DNA of 64,000 nt from an uncultured archaeon. Its GTDB lineage: Archaea; Thermoplasmatota; Penumbrarchaeia; JASLWR01. The first letter of the stretch is position 1, and each line of letters opens with the position of its first letter. Location of the stretch: contig CAYFHS010000005.1 in assembly GCA_964342815.1 (NCBI GenBank), positions 88,513 to 152,512 of the forward strand, written 5' to 3'. A program made the position numbers and the translations under genes. Below are positions 27,251 to 38,078 of this stretch, piece after piece. The notes below the pieces were generated by a model. The model did not search any database and had not been told where the DNA came from. It was given only the letters and a program-made list of their open reading frames with translations.

Positions 27251-27916
27251 TCAGTGTATGTATGCATCGGTCTTATCCTTGTCTTCTTCCTTGCTTTTCT
27301 TCGTCCCGTTTGACGTGATTGGATTTGCCGCAACCTCGAAAACCACTTCTGTAGCAAGACTCTCGTTCATCCCCGCCAACACCAGATCCTGAATTATTTC
27401 GGCCTTTTCCCGTCCTCTGTTAAGATCGATTTGGATCCCTAATTTTAATATTTCCAGAGCCTCTTCCTCGCTCATATTCCCTATCCCGTATTCGGACATT
27501 CCGAACTTGGATAACCACCATCGGCCACCATGTATAAGGCTGCTCATGGCTGTGTTGAATTCGCTCTTGTTCAGGTATTGTGTATCAAGGTCCACCCGCA
27601 ATACTATCTCATCGTTCCTGTTTGCAAGAACGAACTTTATAAATCGGCTCTCATCGTTGCGGATCAGCAGTTCTCTGAATATGTCTGCTTTCTGTTCTTT
27701 TTCCCAGCTATAAGTCTCTATAGTAGTATAGATCGAAACGTGGATCACTTCATCATTTATCTCTACCCCAATGGGGAATGGAACGTCCTTGTTCTCCACC
27801 AAGAGACCTTTTTCGAGACTGGGGTGTTCTCTGATATTCCAGTTCGAATCGATAATCATGTTAGATTTTTCGTTCCCTTCGGAGAACCACTTTCTCACTT
27901 TCTTATACCAGTCCAT
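27251..27916 (-). CDS. Hypothetical protein with a YbjN/CesT-like chaperone fold region
   Basis: Pattern IFRELLIRNDESRFIKFVL...IVLRVDLD...SEFNTAMSSL resembles YbjN-like domains (by eye). Confidence 0.55.
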   Translation of the reverse strand: MDWYKKVRKWFSEGNEKSNMIIDSNWNIREHPSLEKGLLVENKDVPFPIGVEINDEVIHVSIYTTIETYSWEKEQKADIFRELLIRNDESRFIKFVLANRNDEIVLRVDLDTQYLNKSEFNTAMSSLIHGGRWWLSKFGMSEYGIGNMSEEEALEILKLGIQIDLNRGREKAEIIQDLVLAGMNESLATEVVFEVAANPITSNGTKKSKEEDKDKTDAYIH

Positions 27917-28352
27917 TCGACCCCACTTCCATTGAATATTACCTGTTGATTTCTTGTGGTTTTGAATATTAGACGTATGCCTCTTGGCGCTAATTATGAT
28001 TAGCTAATTAAAGTTTTCTGTGTATTGCATTTACTCATAAAACATAGGTTTTTTGTTCTTTTTTTTCTTTCATGAATCATCCGAACCAATTTACCATATC
28101 CATGGGCAAGAATTATCCAATGATCCTGATAAGGTTTTTGTAGGGTTCCTAATACCATGTATTATGTAAGAATTCCCGGCCCAATGAACCGGATTCCAGT
28201 GGATGGCGGTGAAAATGAGTTTTATTAAAAATCGCAAGAAAATAGCAACACTTTTTTATAAGGATTTGTTATAGCGAGAAAGGAATTATACCTACCCAAA
28301 ATTACCTTGAACGGTTTTCGTGGAAGAAACATATTAAAAATCAGGTGGTACG

Positions 28353-30131
28353 ATGACGAATGTAAAAGAAGGGCAGATCATTTTCATTGCTGGACCAGTA
28401 GTAAAGGCAGACGGGATGAAAGGCGCTAAGATGTATGACGTGGTACAGGTGGGTGAGGAAGGGCTGATAGGGGAGATCATCGGTCTTCTCGGTGATCAGG
28501 CTACCATGCAGGTATATGAAGAGACCGCAGGGGTTGTACCAGGTGAGAAAGTGGTGCAGACCGAGCGTCCCTTGTCCGTAGCGCTGGCACCCGGTCTCAT
28601 AGGAATGATATATGACGGGATCCAGAGACCGTTGGCAAAGATAATGGAAAAAACCGGAATGTACATGGCCCGCGGTGTCAGGGTGGATTCCCTGGATTTC
28701 CAAAAGAAATGGCATTTCGTTCCTAAAGTGAAACCAGGAATAGAGGTTTCCGGCGGTCAGGTTCTCGGTGTCGTGCAGGAGACTCCCGTAGTTTTGCACA
28801 AGATAATGGTGCCGCCTGATGTGAAAGGGAAATTGAACTTCATCGCTAGGGAAGGTGATTATTCAATAGAGGAGACCATTGCAAAGGTGAACGCCAATGG
28901 GAAGGAAAAGGGCCTGGCAATGCTTCAGTATTGGCCAGTTAGGATGGCCCGTCCCTTCGTGAAAAAGTTCGATCCCGAGATACCCCTTCTAACCGGTCAG
29001 AGAATCCTGGATGCTTTTTTCCCATTGACAAAGGGGGGGACGGCTGCAATACCTGGTGGTTTTGGAACCGGCAAGACAGTTACACAGCACCAGCTTGCAA
29101 AATGGTGTGATGCGGATATTATCGTATATGTAGGCTGCGGAGAGAGAGGGAACGAGATGACCGAGGTTTTGATGGAATTTCCCGAACTGGAGGATCCCCG
29201 GACAGGCCAACCATTGATGAACCGTACAATCCTCATTGCTAACACGTCCAATATGCCCGTGGCCGCAAGAGAAGCCAGTGTTTATACGGGGATAACCATC
29301 GCTGAGTATTACCGTGATATGGGCTATACCGTAGGATTGATGGCAGATTCCACCTCAAGGTGGGCAGAAGCTTTAAGAGAGATTTCAGGAAGACTGGAAG
29401 AGATGCCTGGGGAAGAAGGATATCCGGCATACCTCGCTTCCAAGCTGGCCGATTTTTATGAACGGGCAGGGTACGTCCAGGTGATCGGACCTGAAAAGAA
29501 AACCGGTTCAATTGCCATAATCGGGGCAGTTTCACCGCCGGGAGGTGATTTCTCCGAACCTGTGACACAGAACACGCTCCGGATCGTAAAAGTTTTCTGG
29601 GCTCTTGATTCCGATCTTGCGGATAAAAAACATTTCCCGGCCATCCATTGGCTCAAGAGTTATTCCCTTTATCTCGAAAAGGCGAGTGATTGGTGGAAGA
29701 AAAACGTCAGGGAGGAATGGCCAGAACTGAGGGAAAAGGCTATGAAACTGCTGCAGAAGGAAAATGAGCTGCAGGAAATAATACAGCTGGTTGGCCCTGA
29801 TGCCTTACCCCATCATGAGCAGATCGTTCTCGAGGGTTCCAGGATCATAAGAGAGGATTTCTTACAACAGCACGCCTATCACCGGGTTGATACATATTGT
29901 CCCACAACCAAGCAGTTCAAGATGATGGATATTATGCTGAATTATTTCGATCGTCTCAACGATGCTCTGGAGAAAGGGGTCCGAATCGATGTTCTGAAGG
30001 CACAAAGGGATATGAAAGAGAGAATCTCCCGATTGAAATATATCGATAACAAGACTTTCGATCGCGATTCTAAACAGGTTACCAAATTGATTGAAAAAAC
30101 CTTTACAAAACTTCTGGAGGGGTCCAAATGA
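28353..30131 (+). CDS. atpA: A/V-type ATP synthase subunit A
   Basis: P-loop PGGFGTGKT; GCGERGNE; [13 protein letters not shown]; [11 protein letters not shown]; [14 protein letters not shown]. No intein. Confidence 0.97.
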   Translation: MTNVKEGQIIFIAGPVVKADGMKGAKMYDVVQVGEEGLIGEIIGLLGDQATMQVYEETAGVVPGEKVVQTERPLSVALAPGLIGMIYDGIQRPLAKIMEKTGMYMARGVRVDSLDFQKKWHFVPKVKPGIEVSGGQVLGVVQETPVVLHKIMVPPDVKGKLNFIAREGDYSIEETIAKVNANGKEKGLAMLQYWPVRMARPFVKKFDPEIPLLTGQRILDAFFPLTKGGTAAIPGGFGTGKTVTQHQLAKWCDADIIVYVGCGERGNEMTEVLMEFPELEDPRTGQPLMNRTILIANTSNMPVAAREASVYTGITIAEYYRDMGYTVGLMADSTSRWAEALREISGRLEEMPGEEGYPAYLASKLADFYERAGYVQVIGPEKKTGSIAIIGAVSPPGGDFSEPVTQNTLRIVKVFWALDSDLADKKHFPAIHWLKSYSLYLEKASDWWKKNVREEWPELREKAMKLLQKENELQEIIQLVGPDALPHHEQIVLEGSRIIREDFLQQHAYHRVDTYCPTTKQFKMMDIMLNYFDRLNDALEKGVRIDVLKAQRDMKERISRLKYIDNKTFDRDSKQVTKLIEKTFTKLLEGSK

Positions 30132-31609
30132 GCGAGGAAATGGTATTCGATCTTATCGAGGATGATGATGTGGAGCTTTCCGGTTCCGGAAAGGCTGTGG
30201 AAGCTTCAAAAAGTTCCTTTAAAAAATTGAAGGACAAGGAATATTCCACTGTGAAAGAGATATCCGGACCGCTCCTGGTGGTAGAGAAGGTGGAGAAGGT
30301 TGCTTACGGGGAGGTTGTGAAAATCAGGGATCCTATGGGCGTAATGCGTCTCGGACAGGTGCTGGAGACCCATATGGAGAAGGCAGTTATCCAGGTGTTC
30401 CAGGGTACTAAGGGACTGGATACCGAGCATACCAGCGTAAGGTTCCTGGGCGAGACCATGAAGATACCCTGCTCTCCTGAAATGCTGGGACGTGTTTTCG
30501 ATGGTACCGGTCGACCAATCGACGACAGCCCCGACATCATACCGGAAACACTTTTGGATATAAACGGTGCTCCCATCAATCCGTCGGCGAGGGAATACCC
30601 CAAGGATTTCATTCAGACCGGTATTTCCACCATTGACGGTTTGAACACTCTGGTAAGGGGACAGAAATTACCCATTTTTTCCGCATCGGGTTTACCCCAT
30701 AACGATCTCGCAGCACAGATCGCCCGACAGGCGAAGGTGAAGGGACAGGAAGAGGAGTTCGCAGTTATATTTTGTGCAATGGGTACAACAGCCGAAGAGG
30801 CCAATTTCTTCGTGAGGGATTTCGAGAGGACCGGAGCCATAGAGAGAAGCGTTCTCTTCCTGAACCTTGCGGATGATCCGGCCATCGAGCGCATCATCAT
30901 ACCGAGGATGGCGCTTACCACCGCTGAATACCTGGCCTTTGAAAAGGACATGCATATTCTGGTCATACTTACTGATATGACGAATTATTGTGAAGCTCTC
31001 CGTGAGATCGCGGCTGCCAGGGAAGAGGTTCCGGGCAGACGAGGATATCCGGGTTACATGTATACCGACCTAGCCTGCAACTACGAGAGAGCCGGGAGGA
31101 TAAAAGGTAAGGAAGGTTCCATTACCATGATCCCCATACTTACCATGCCGGACGACGATATCACCCATCCCATACCCGATCTTACCGGGTACATTACGGA
31201 AGGCCAGATCGTGCTGTCGAGGGATATGTACCGTAAGGCAATAATCCCGCCGGTAAATGTCCTACCCTGTCTGTCCAGATTGATGAAACAGGGCATAGGC
31301 GAAGGCAGGACCCGGGGCGATCACGACCAGGTATCGAACCAGCTATACGCCGCCTACGCCGAGGGCTGCGAACTTCGCGAGCTGGTGGCGGTGGTGGGTG
31401 AAGAAGCCCTTACCGAGCGCGACCGGCAGTATCTCGATTTCTCCGCAGTCTTCGAGGAACGGTTCATCACGCAGGGTAAGGACGAGGACCGATCCATCGA
31501 GGGAACACTATCATTGAGCTGGGACCTTTTGACCGGTATTCCAAAGGATGAATTGAAGAAGATAGACGAGGAATACATCAAGAAATTTTATCCTAAAACC
31601 AAAAAGTAG
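30128..31609 (+). CDS. atpB: A/V-type ATP synthase subunit B
   Basis: [33 protein letters not shown] and [15 protein letters not shown] motifs; ATGA overlap with atpA. Confidence 0.97.
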   Translation: MSEEMVFDLIEDDDVELSGSGKAVEASKSSFKKLKDKEYSTVKEISGPLLVVEKVEKVAYGEVVKIRDPMGVMRLGQVLETHMEKAVIQVFQGTKGLDTEHTSVRFLGETMKIPCSPEMLGRVFDGTGRPIDDSPDIIPETLLDINGAPINPSAREYPKDFIQTGISTIDGLNTLVRGQKLPIFSASGLPHNDLAAQIARQAKVKGQEEEFAVIFCAMGTTAEEANFFVRDFERTGAIERSVLFLNLADDPAIERIIIPRMALTTAEYLAFEKDMHILVILTDMTNYCEALREIAAAREEVPGRRGYPGYMYTDLACNYERAGRIKGKEGSITMIPILTMPDDDITHPIPDLTGYITEGQIVLSRDMYRKAIIPPVNVLPCLSRLMKQGIGEGRTRGDHDQVSNQLYAAYAEGCELRELVAVVGEEALTERDRQYLDFSAVFEERFITQGKDEDRSIEGTLSLSWDLLTGIPKDELKKIDEEYIKKFYPKTKK

Positions 31610-31743
31610 GTACGGATAATATTTCTTTGCTTTTCCTTAAGTTGGGCGTGAAAATCAATTCAGTGGTTTTGAAATGTTTTCAAATTCGTGAATTATTGTA
31701 CCAAAAATCTTAAAACAGCGAAAGTTTTTACATAATTGATAAC

Positions 31744-34275
31744 GTGAGAAATACTAAGGAAAGTCGGATTCTACTTGTTGTCGTATTTTTTTTAGCTATT
31801 TTCGTTATATTGAACTTTCAAGAAATTTTGCTGTTTCGGGAATTTCGTCAAAAGGATTTTGATTCCGATGTATTTCGTTTGCAAAATGTTTCAAGCCATG
31901 ATGATACCAATTTTCATAATTATATTGGTGGGGACGTGTCTTGCTGTTTAGAAAGAGCAGATGTGGATGAAGAACTCTCTGAATTCCTTAGCGATGAAAC
32001 AATCCAAACACCGTCGACCGGGGAAAGTTATACAATCCTCCTTAACACAACGAATGATGTCGAAGCTGACAAAGTTTTCCTGACCTATACCTTTGACAGT
32101 TCCCCCCTGACCATAGTATCCATGAAGCTTGATGACGCTGGTCTGTGGAACAGGACGCTCACAGTTCCATTGGATGCTTGGAAAATCCGATATCGATTCC
32201 ATGTCAAGAATATTACAGGAAACTGGACCAATACTACATTGACTCCTGAGATATCTATAAGTGATATCATCCCACCAGTAGCTGTTCCTGGCGCCAACGT
32301 CACCATAGACCAAGGTGGCAAAATCACTTTAAATGCTAGCGAAAGCTACGACAATAGGGGAATGGTTTATTACACATGGACCTCCAATGTCGGGGAAAAG
32401 CTTGGAGAAGAAGTCATCTTTGTCTTTGACAATCCCGGAGTATATCAAATCGTTTTGATTGCTTACGATTCCGCTGGAAATACACATAAGAACGATTTGT
32501 ATGTAACAGTTGTAGATACCGTTCCGCCAACAGCCGACGCTGGAGAGAATCAGACGGCTCCTCAAGGATCGCCCATCCATTTCAATGCTTCCCTTTCGTA
32601 TGACAACGTTGCTATCGAAGATTATCGATGGTCTTTCAAAGATGGTTGGCAATACCAATACCTCTCAGGTTTGAATCCCAACTACACTTTCGTAAATCCT
32701 GGCAACTACTTTGTCACATTAAAATTAACGGATTCCGCAGATAATTCAGCAGAAGATAATGTGACCATTACCATTCTGGACACGACAGCTCCCCACTCCC
32801 TTGGAAAAGCGACAAAACACGGAGTTTTTATAGGTACCCCCGTAACGTTCGATGGACGAAATAGCTGGGACAATGTAGGAGTGACAAACTGGACATGGAC
32901 AATTGACTCTACAGAGTTATACGGCCAGGAAGTAAGTTACACTTTTGATAGGGCCGCAGAATACACAATTACACTAAAGGTAACAGATGCCGCGGGCAAC
33001 CACGATTCTCACTCGATTCCATATATAGTTTATGGAAAACAGAGTGAGAGTGTTGTCGATAATACATCTGCTACGGGAAATGACTTTCCGGTATGGCTAA
33101 TTATTGTCATAACAACAGTTATAATCTTATGTATTGGGGTAGTCGTAATCTTACTCATCGTAAATAAACGCAAAAAAGAAAAGGGGGCAATTCAGACGCT
33201 TCCATCCGGAGAAATCGCTATGGTGAACACCTCGGTAAACCATTTGGGATTCGGAACTTCCGCAGTGGACACATCAGACTTTCAGATGAATCGGGAAACT
33301 GAAAATATACCTAGCTACGATGGTGGTGTTTTCGAAAAAGAAGAAAAAGAACCTATCGAGGTGCAAGGAATTAATGAGATATATGATAATATTTATTTTG
33401 AAAATACAAACGAAAATGAAGTTCCATTGAATATTAGAAACGTGATTCCAAATTATATCTTAACCCATCTGATCGGAAATGGCGATTTTGCAGCAGTTTA
33501 CAAAGGACGTGATCATACGGGTCTGGATGTGGCTATCAAGCTTCCAAAATTTTTAGACCGTACGTTGGATGCCTCTATTTATGACCGGTTCGAGTCCGAA
33601 ACAAAGAATTGGAAGAACCTCAAACATAAAAATATCGTAAGCCTCTCCCGCAATAGCCTGGACCCGATACCTCACATTGTTATGGAGCTCATGCATGGAG
33701 GGAATCTTAAAGAGCTGATGGAATATCGGTGGCTTGGTCTCAAAGAGTCAATGGATATAATGCTGCAGATACTGGATGGAGTTTCCTATGCTCATCGCAT
33801 GGCTTCGGTTCACCGGCATATCAAACCTGAAAACATCCTTTTCAATTCCAATGGGGTGGCGAAGGTCACGGATTGGGGTATTGGAAAATTCATGCTGTCA
33901 GAAGGTCTTTCAGATGCAAATGAAATTGAAGGAAGTCTCCATTACAGCGCCCCCGAACAGATAGACGGTAAAGAATTCGGTGGTGTGGATTGGAGCACGG
34001 ATATTTTTCAGATGGGAATTATTTTCTACGAAATGCTCACCGGCGAAAATCCGTTCTTTGATGATGATGCAAAAGCCATTATCGAAAACATAATTCATTT
34101 GGATCCGAGACCTCCAATGACGCTGAATCCTGATATTCCAAAGGAATTGGACTCTATAATATTGAAGGCTCTTCAAAAGCGTAAAGAAGACAGATGGCGC
34201 AGCACCGATGTAATGTTCGATAGGGTTAGGAGAGTTTCTGTAAAAGGATTCGCCGAATCCCGCTTGAAACCATGA
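31744..34275 (+). CDS. Receptor-like protein: signal peptide, PKD domains, TM helix, cytoplasmic Hanks-type Ser/Thr kinase domain with HRD changed to HRH
   Basis: Three PKD units; TM VWLIIVITTVIILCIGVVVILLIV; kinase motifs VAIK, HRHIKPEN, DWG, YSAPEQ, DIFQMG. Confidence 0.88.
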   Translation: MRNTKESRILLVVVFFLAIFVILNFQEILLFREFRQKDFDSDVFRLQNVSSHDDTNFHNYIGGDVSCCLERADVDEELSEFLSDETIQTPSTGESYTILLNTTNDVEADKVFLTYTFDSSPLTIVSMKLDDAGLWNRTLTVPLDAWKIRYRFHVKNITGNWTNTTLTPEISISDIIPPVAVPGANVTIDQGGKITLNASESYDNRGMVYYTWTSNVGEKLGEEVIFVFDNPGVYQIVLIAYDSAGNTHKNDLYVTVVDTVPPTADAGENQTAPQGSPIHFNASLSYDNVAIEDYRWSFKDGWQYQYLSGLNPNYTFVNPGNYFVTLKLTDSADNSAEDNVTITILDTTAPHSLGKATKHGVFIGTPVTFDGRNSWDNVGVTNWTWTIDSTELYGQEVSYTFDRAAEYTITLKVTDAAGNHDSHSIPYIVYGKQSESVVDNTSATGNDFPVWLIIVITTVIILCIGVVVILLIVNKRKKEKGAIQTLPSGEIAMVNTSVNHLGFGTSAVDTSDFQMNRETENIPSYDGGVFEKEEKEPIEVQGINEIYDNIYFENTNENEVPLNIRNVIPNYILTHLIGNGDFAAVYKGRDHTGLDVAIKLPKFLDRTLDASIYDRFESETKNWKNLKHKNIVSLSRNSLDPIPHIVMELMHGGNLKELMEYRWLGLKESMDIMLQILDGVSYAHRMASVHRHIKPENILFNSNGVAKVTDWGIGKFMLSEGLSDANEIEGSLHYSAPEQIDGKEFGGVDWSTDIFQMGIIFYEMLTGENPFFDDDAKAIIENIIHLDPRPPMTLNPDIPKELDSIILKALQKRKEDRWRSTDVMFDRVRRVSVKGFAESRLKP

Positions 34276-34543
34276 TTTTGAATAATTCTAAGTTCAGTTT
34301 TCTACCAAGGTAGGGCATGTCCATTATAAGTTGTGTTCATCTGGGGGATCGGAGTCAAATACCCGGTGTATCAGAAAACAACGATTTTTTAGCAAATAGG
34401 ATAATCTCAATCTTACTTTCACTTAGAAATTACTGTGGCCAGTACCGAAATAATTTTACTTTCACTCACCCCCCTCCCCCCCCGACTTTCACTTATATAA
34501 TTCCACAGTCTTTTATGGATCAAAATAACGGGGACCGGAAAAT

Positions 34544-35623
34544 ATGTTGATCAAAGAAGTAACAGTGAATCCCTTTTCTTGCATTGATGCTGGGAAGAAA
34601 TTCATACCCGAAATGAACGTAATAACAGATGTACAAAGAGAACTTCTCGATGGTTTGCTGCATCACAGGGATCGATATGACTTACTCTGCCTGATCGGTG
34701 AGAGCGGCATGGGTCGTACCCATACCCAGAAAGTGATCATGGATGTGATCTCGAAGCGCGGCTTTAACTCGGACTCCACCGTAATGCTATATACGAACGA
34801 GAGTTATCTTACACTGCGGAGTTTTCTTGATAGATTATATCCGGGCATCTCTGAAAATGTCTCCGGGAAAATGCTTGAAAATGATGATAGATCATATCTT
34901 ATCTTTGCCGATTATCCGCTGCGGACCGTAAATCAGGATTTGGAAGTTACCGCGAAAATTCTCGCAAAATTATCCGGTTATGAAAATATTTCAGTAGTAT
35001 TTTCACTGACGGATTCGCAGATGGTTTCTCTTGAAGAAAACAGTATTCCTCCCGAGCGGTATCAGAGTTTCGGTCTTATGCCGTTGAGAAAAGAAGAGGT
35101 TTCCATGATAATACGAAAGAGAATGATACCGGGTTCCGAAATTATAAATAAATCTGCTTTTGGGTCCAGCGTAGGCAACCGTATCGGATCATTTCCTTCT
35201 ATACGAGTTGCGCGAAATATTGAAATAACCCGTGAATCTTTGGAATATATACACGGAATATCCGGGGGCAATCCCAGACTGGCATTGATAACGGCCCAGA
35301 CTCTGTATGACAAGGCGCGTGAAAACAATTGCATAGTGATTGACGACGCATTGATCCGGCTGGTCTCGGCCCAGAACGGTTATTCGTTGGAAGGGAACGG
35401 CTGCGTTCTTCGGTCCGGTCTTTCGAAATTGATGGAAGTTATCCTGGATAAGTTTACGAATAAGGGTGTTCTGGAGCATAATATACTTTCATATATGGCC
35501 GAAAAGTTCGACTGGGATTTCAATATAACAAGACTGAGATTAAGGACATTGGTAAAGATGAAACTGCTTTTCGATGAGCTATGCCCCAGGGAAGGCTGGT
35601 TCAGACAATATTCGGTGAGGTAG
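34544..35623 (+). CDS. Degenerate P-loop AAA+-like protein (ExeA/Cdc6-like) with probable C-terminal winged helix
   Basis: LIGESGMGRT (Walker A with K replaced by R), YLIFADY (Walker B-like) and SGGNPRLAL. Confidence 0.6.
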   Translation: MLIKEVTVNPFSCIDAGKKFIPEMNVITDVQRELLDGLLHHRDRYDLLCLIGESGMGRTHTQKVIMDVISKRGFNSDSTVMLYTNESYLTLRSFLDRLYPGISENVSGKMLENDDRSYLIFADYPLRTVNQDLEVTAKILAKLSGYENISVVFSLTDSQMVSLEENSIPPERYQSFGLMPLRKEEVSMIIRKRMIPGSEIINKSAFGSSVGNRIGSFPSIRVARNIEITRESLEYIHGISGGNPRLALITAQTLYDKARENNCIVIDDALIRLVSAQNGYSLEGNGCVLRSGLSKLMEVILDKFTNKGVLEHNILSYMAEKFDWDFNITRLRLRTLVKMKLLFDELCPREGWFRQYSVR

Positions 35624-35669
35624 CTTGCATGTGTTATCACCTTATTATGTTGGGGGGAGGGTAAAAGAT

Positions 35670-35701
35670 AGAGGGCCTGCGACGTAAGAAACGCAGGCCC
35701 G
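35670..35701. repeat. Palindromic hairpin element, copy B
   Basis: AGAGGGCCTGCG-acgtaagaaa-CGCAGGCCCG has a perfect 9-bp stem; homolog of 14141-14174. Confidence 0.7.
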
Positions 35702-35721
35702 AAATAAAAATAAAAGGGGGG

Positions 35722-35872
35722 TGATAATGCATAATGCGAAAGGGCCGTTTCGGCCATTGGTTGCTGCCCGGTTCCGCTACGTTGCATTAGGAAATGCAAC
35801 TGCGCCCGCAGGGGCGTTATCCTGCGGACACAGGCGAGCCAAAATCCACTAGGAAACAGGGCGGTCCGGTAT
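35722..35872. other. GC-rich multi-hairpin intergenic region, candidate structured RNA
   Basis: GGCCG/CGGCC, GTTGCATT-agga-AATGCAAC and CCGCAGG...CCTGCGG stems; long-range CCGGTTCCGC(35768-77)/GCGGTCCGG(35861-69). Confidence 0.45.
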
Positions 35873-36059
35873 CGATAAAGTTATATGAAATTGCGTACTC
35901 CCATTTGAAGATTGTGCATTATTACAAAACATCTGAGGGAGGTTAGAATGTATTAGTATTTGTTATATCGTTCTTCATATACCCCATCTAATTGTAACAT
36001 TAAAAATTATCACAAAGAATATATCCATCCACATTATACTGAATCATTATGGTGTTAAA

Positions 36060-36572
36060 TTGAGAAGTGGGACAAGACTATATCAATACCGATTGAAGTT
36101 CATACTTATACCGATACTATTGTTCTGTGCATTGGGACCCACTACTTTTTTCTTATTTCTTTTTATATATAACTATGAACACGTTCGTCTTGTCCATTGG
36201 ATGTTAATTCTTGTTGTATTACCGCTGTTTTCATTTGCATATATTGGACAAATGTTCAAAATCATCAATTATCGTGTGCCATCGTACGTGGTGATCGAAA
36301 AAGAGCGTCTCTTTTTCCAGGATACCATATTGAGGTGCATATTCAGTAATAGAGGAAGATGGATTGAATTCGAGAAAATCGATGAGATCGAATTTCTGGA
36401 GAACTATATTCAGGAAAATGTTATATTTTCAATAAGAGGCGAGAAATCATATCACTTGGTTATGAACAGAAGAGGTATGAATATTCTGAAGGATACGGTC
36501 GAAAAGAATCATATACCCATCATTAGCCGAAAGTACTGGGATCCACCGCCTATCAACTGGTTAAAACCTTGA
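36060..36572 (+). CDS. Hypothetical two-TM membrane protein with a soluble C-terminal beta-rich region
   Basis: 170-aa ORF with two hydrophobic helices; AT-rich. Confidence 0.6.
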   Translation: MRSGTRLYQYRLKFILIPILLFCALGPTTFFLFLFIYNYEHVRLVHWMLILVVLPLFSFAYIGQMFKIINYRVPSYVVIEKERLFFQDTILRCIFSNRGRWIEFEKIDEIEFLENYIQENVIFSIRGEKSYHLVMNRRGMNILKDTVEKNHIPIISRKYWDPPPINWLKP

Positions 36573-36693
36573 GCATTATTAGTCTTTTTCTTATTATTAG
36601 TGAGATACATCAGACCATAAGTGCAGGCTGGAACACTAACCAAAACCGATATAAGTCATCGTCTCCTATTCGGGTAGTTATCGGAGAGGGAAC

Positions 36694-37974
36694 ATGTCAT
36701 CGGGCAGGAAAAAAGTCGTCATCGTGGCAGGAATACGGACTCCGTTCGCCAGAGCCTGGAACGAGCTTGCTGGCCTTTCGGCCATCGATCTGGGCAAACC
36801 CGTGGTCACGGGATTATGCGATTCCATCGATCCCGGTGACATCGACGGATTGATCTGGGGGAACGTCATTCAGTCCATTGACCAGGCCAACATGGCCCGA
36901 ATTCTATCTATGAAAAGCGGTCTCGATCGTAAAATTCCTGCTTACACGGTTAGCATCAACTGCGCCTCGGGAATGTTAGCTGTCACCTCCGCCGCCGATT
37001 CCATAACCCTTGGACGAGCCCAGGTTATGGTGGCCGGGGGAAGCGAATCCATGAGCAATGCTAGTGTCAGATACCCCTCGACTTTTCTCCCGCTGGCGCG
37101 AAGTATACAGAGGTCCGGAAACGTATTTTCCAAACTCGCTTCCATTATGAGGCTGCGCTGGAGGGATGTCAGACCCGTGATCCCCTCCTTCAGGGATCCT
37201 ATCTGCGGGTTAAGCATGGGGGAGACCGCCGAACTGCTGGCAAAGGAGTATTCCATCTCCCGCTCCGAACAGGATAGATTTGCACAGGGCAGCCAGGAAA
37301 AGGCCATATCGGCTCAGAGGAAGGGGCGGTTTAAAGGAGAGATAACACCCCTGGCGATCGGTAAGGGAAATAAACTGGAAAAGGACATGGTGCCCCGGTC
37401 GAACTCAACAATTGAGAAACTGGCATCCCTGAAACCCATTTTCGACAAGAAGAAAGGCACCGTCACAGCCGGTAACTCCTCACCGGTGACCGACGGAGCG
37501 GCCGGTATGCTGGTATTGGAATCCGAAAGGGCCCTGGACCTTGGGCTCAAGGACCTGGTGACGATAAAAGACTACCATTACTGCGGCCTTGACCCTAAAC
37601 GTATGGGACTCGGGCCCGCCCATGCTGCAGGTGAGCTGCTGGAACGCAACAAACTGTCTCCGGACGATTTCGACATATTCGAGATCAACGAGGCTTTCTC
37701 AGCGCAGGTGCTGGCCTCTTTGAAGGCATTGGATGATTCCCGCTTCTGCAGACAGGAACTGGGGCTTGCAAGGAAGGTAGGCGAGATCCCAATGGGGAAA
37801 ATGAACTTCAACGGAGGGGCCATCGCCCTTGGTCATCCCTTGGGAGCCACGGGAGCCCGACTGATAATTTCCGCTGCTCGAGAACTATGGAGAAGAAAGA
37901 AGGAGAGAGCCCTGATCGCAATGTGCGTGAGCGGTGGTCTTGGGGCGGGCATGATACTTGAGAGGGTGGATTGA
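36694..37974 (+). CDS. Acetyl-CoA C-acyltransferase (thiolase), FadI-like
   Basis: GIRTPF, NCASG (catalytic Cys), NEAF, GHPLGATGAR and MCVSGGLG motifs. Confidence 0.92.
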   Translation: MSSGRKKVVIVAGIRTPFARAWNELAGLSAIDLGKPVVTGLCDSIDPGDIDGLIWGNVIQSIDQANMARILSMKSGLDRKIPAYTVSINCASGMLAVTSAADSITLGRAQVMVAGGSESMSNASVRYPSTFLPLARSIQRSGNVFSKLASIMRLRWRDVRPVIPSFRDPICGLSMGETAELLAKEYSISRSEQDRFAQGSQEKAISAQRKGRFKGEITPLAIGKGNKLEKDMVPRSNSTIEKLASLKPIFDKKKGTVTAGNSSPVTDGAAGMLVLESERALDLGLKDLVTIKDYHYCGLDPKRMGLGPAHAAGELLERNKLSPDDFDIFEINEAFSAQVLASLKALDDSRFCRQELGLARKVGEIPMGKMNFNGGAIALGHPLGATGARLIISAARELWRRKKERALIAMCVSGGLGAGMILERVD

Positions 37975-38078
37975 TTATTCTCAGCAGAAACTTGCTCGAT
38001 AACATTATTTTCTGGACGAAAAGAATATTCTCCCTGTTGTCACCGGAATTTTTTCCAGTTTGGGGTGAATTGGGATAT

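Noticed and set aside
28353-30131. Intein in AtpA, as occurs in some Thermoplasmatales and Thermococcales
   Set aside because: The sequence is continuous through the P-loop and has normal length (592 aa).
34468-34484. Poly-C tract as a G-quadruplex or regulatory element
   Set aside because: A single interrupted homopolymer with no further support; may be unstable or error-prone sequence.
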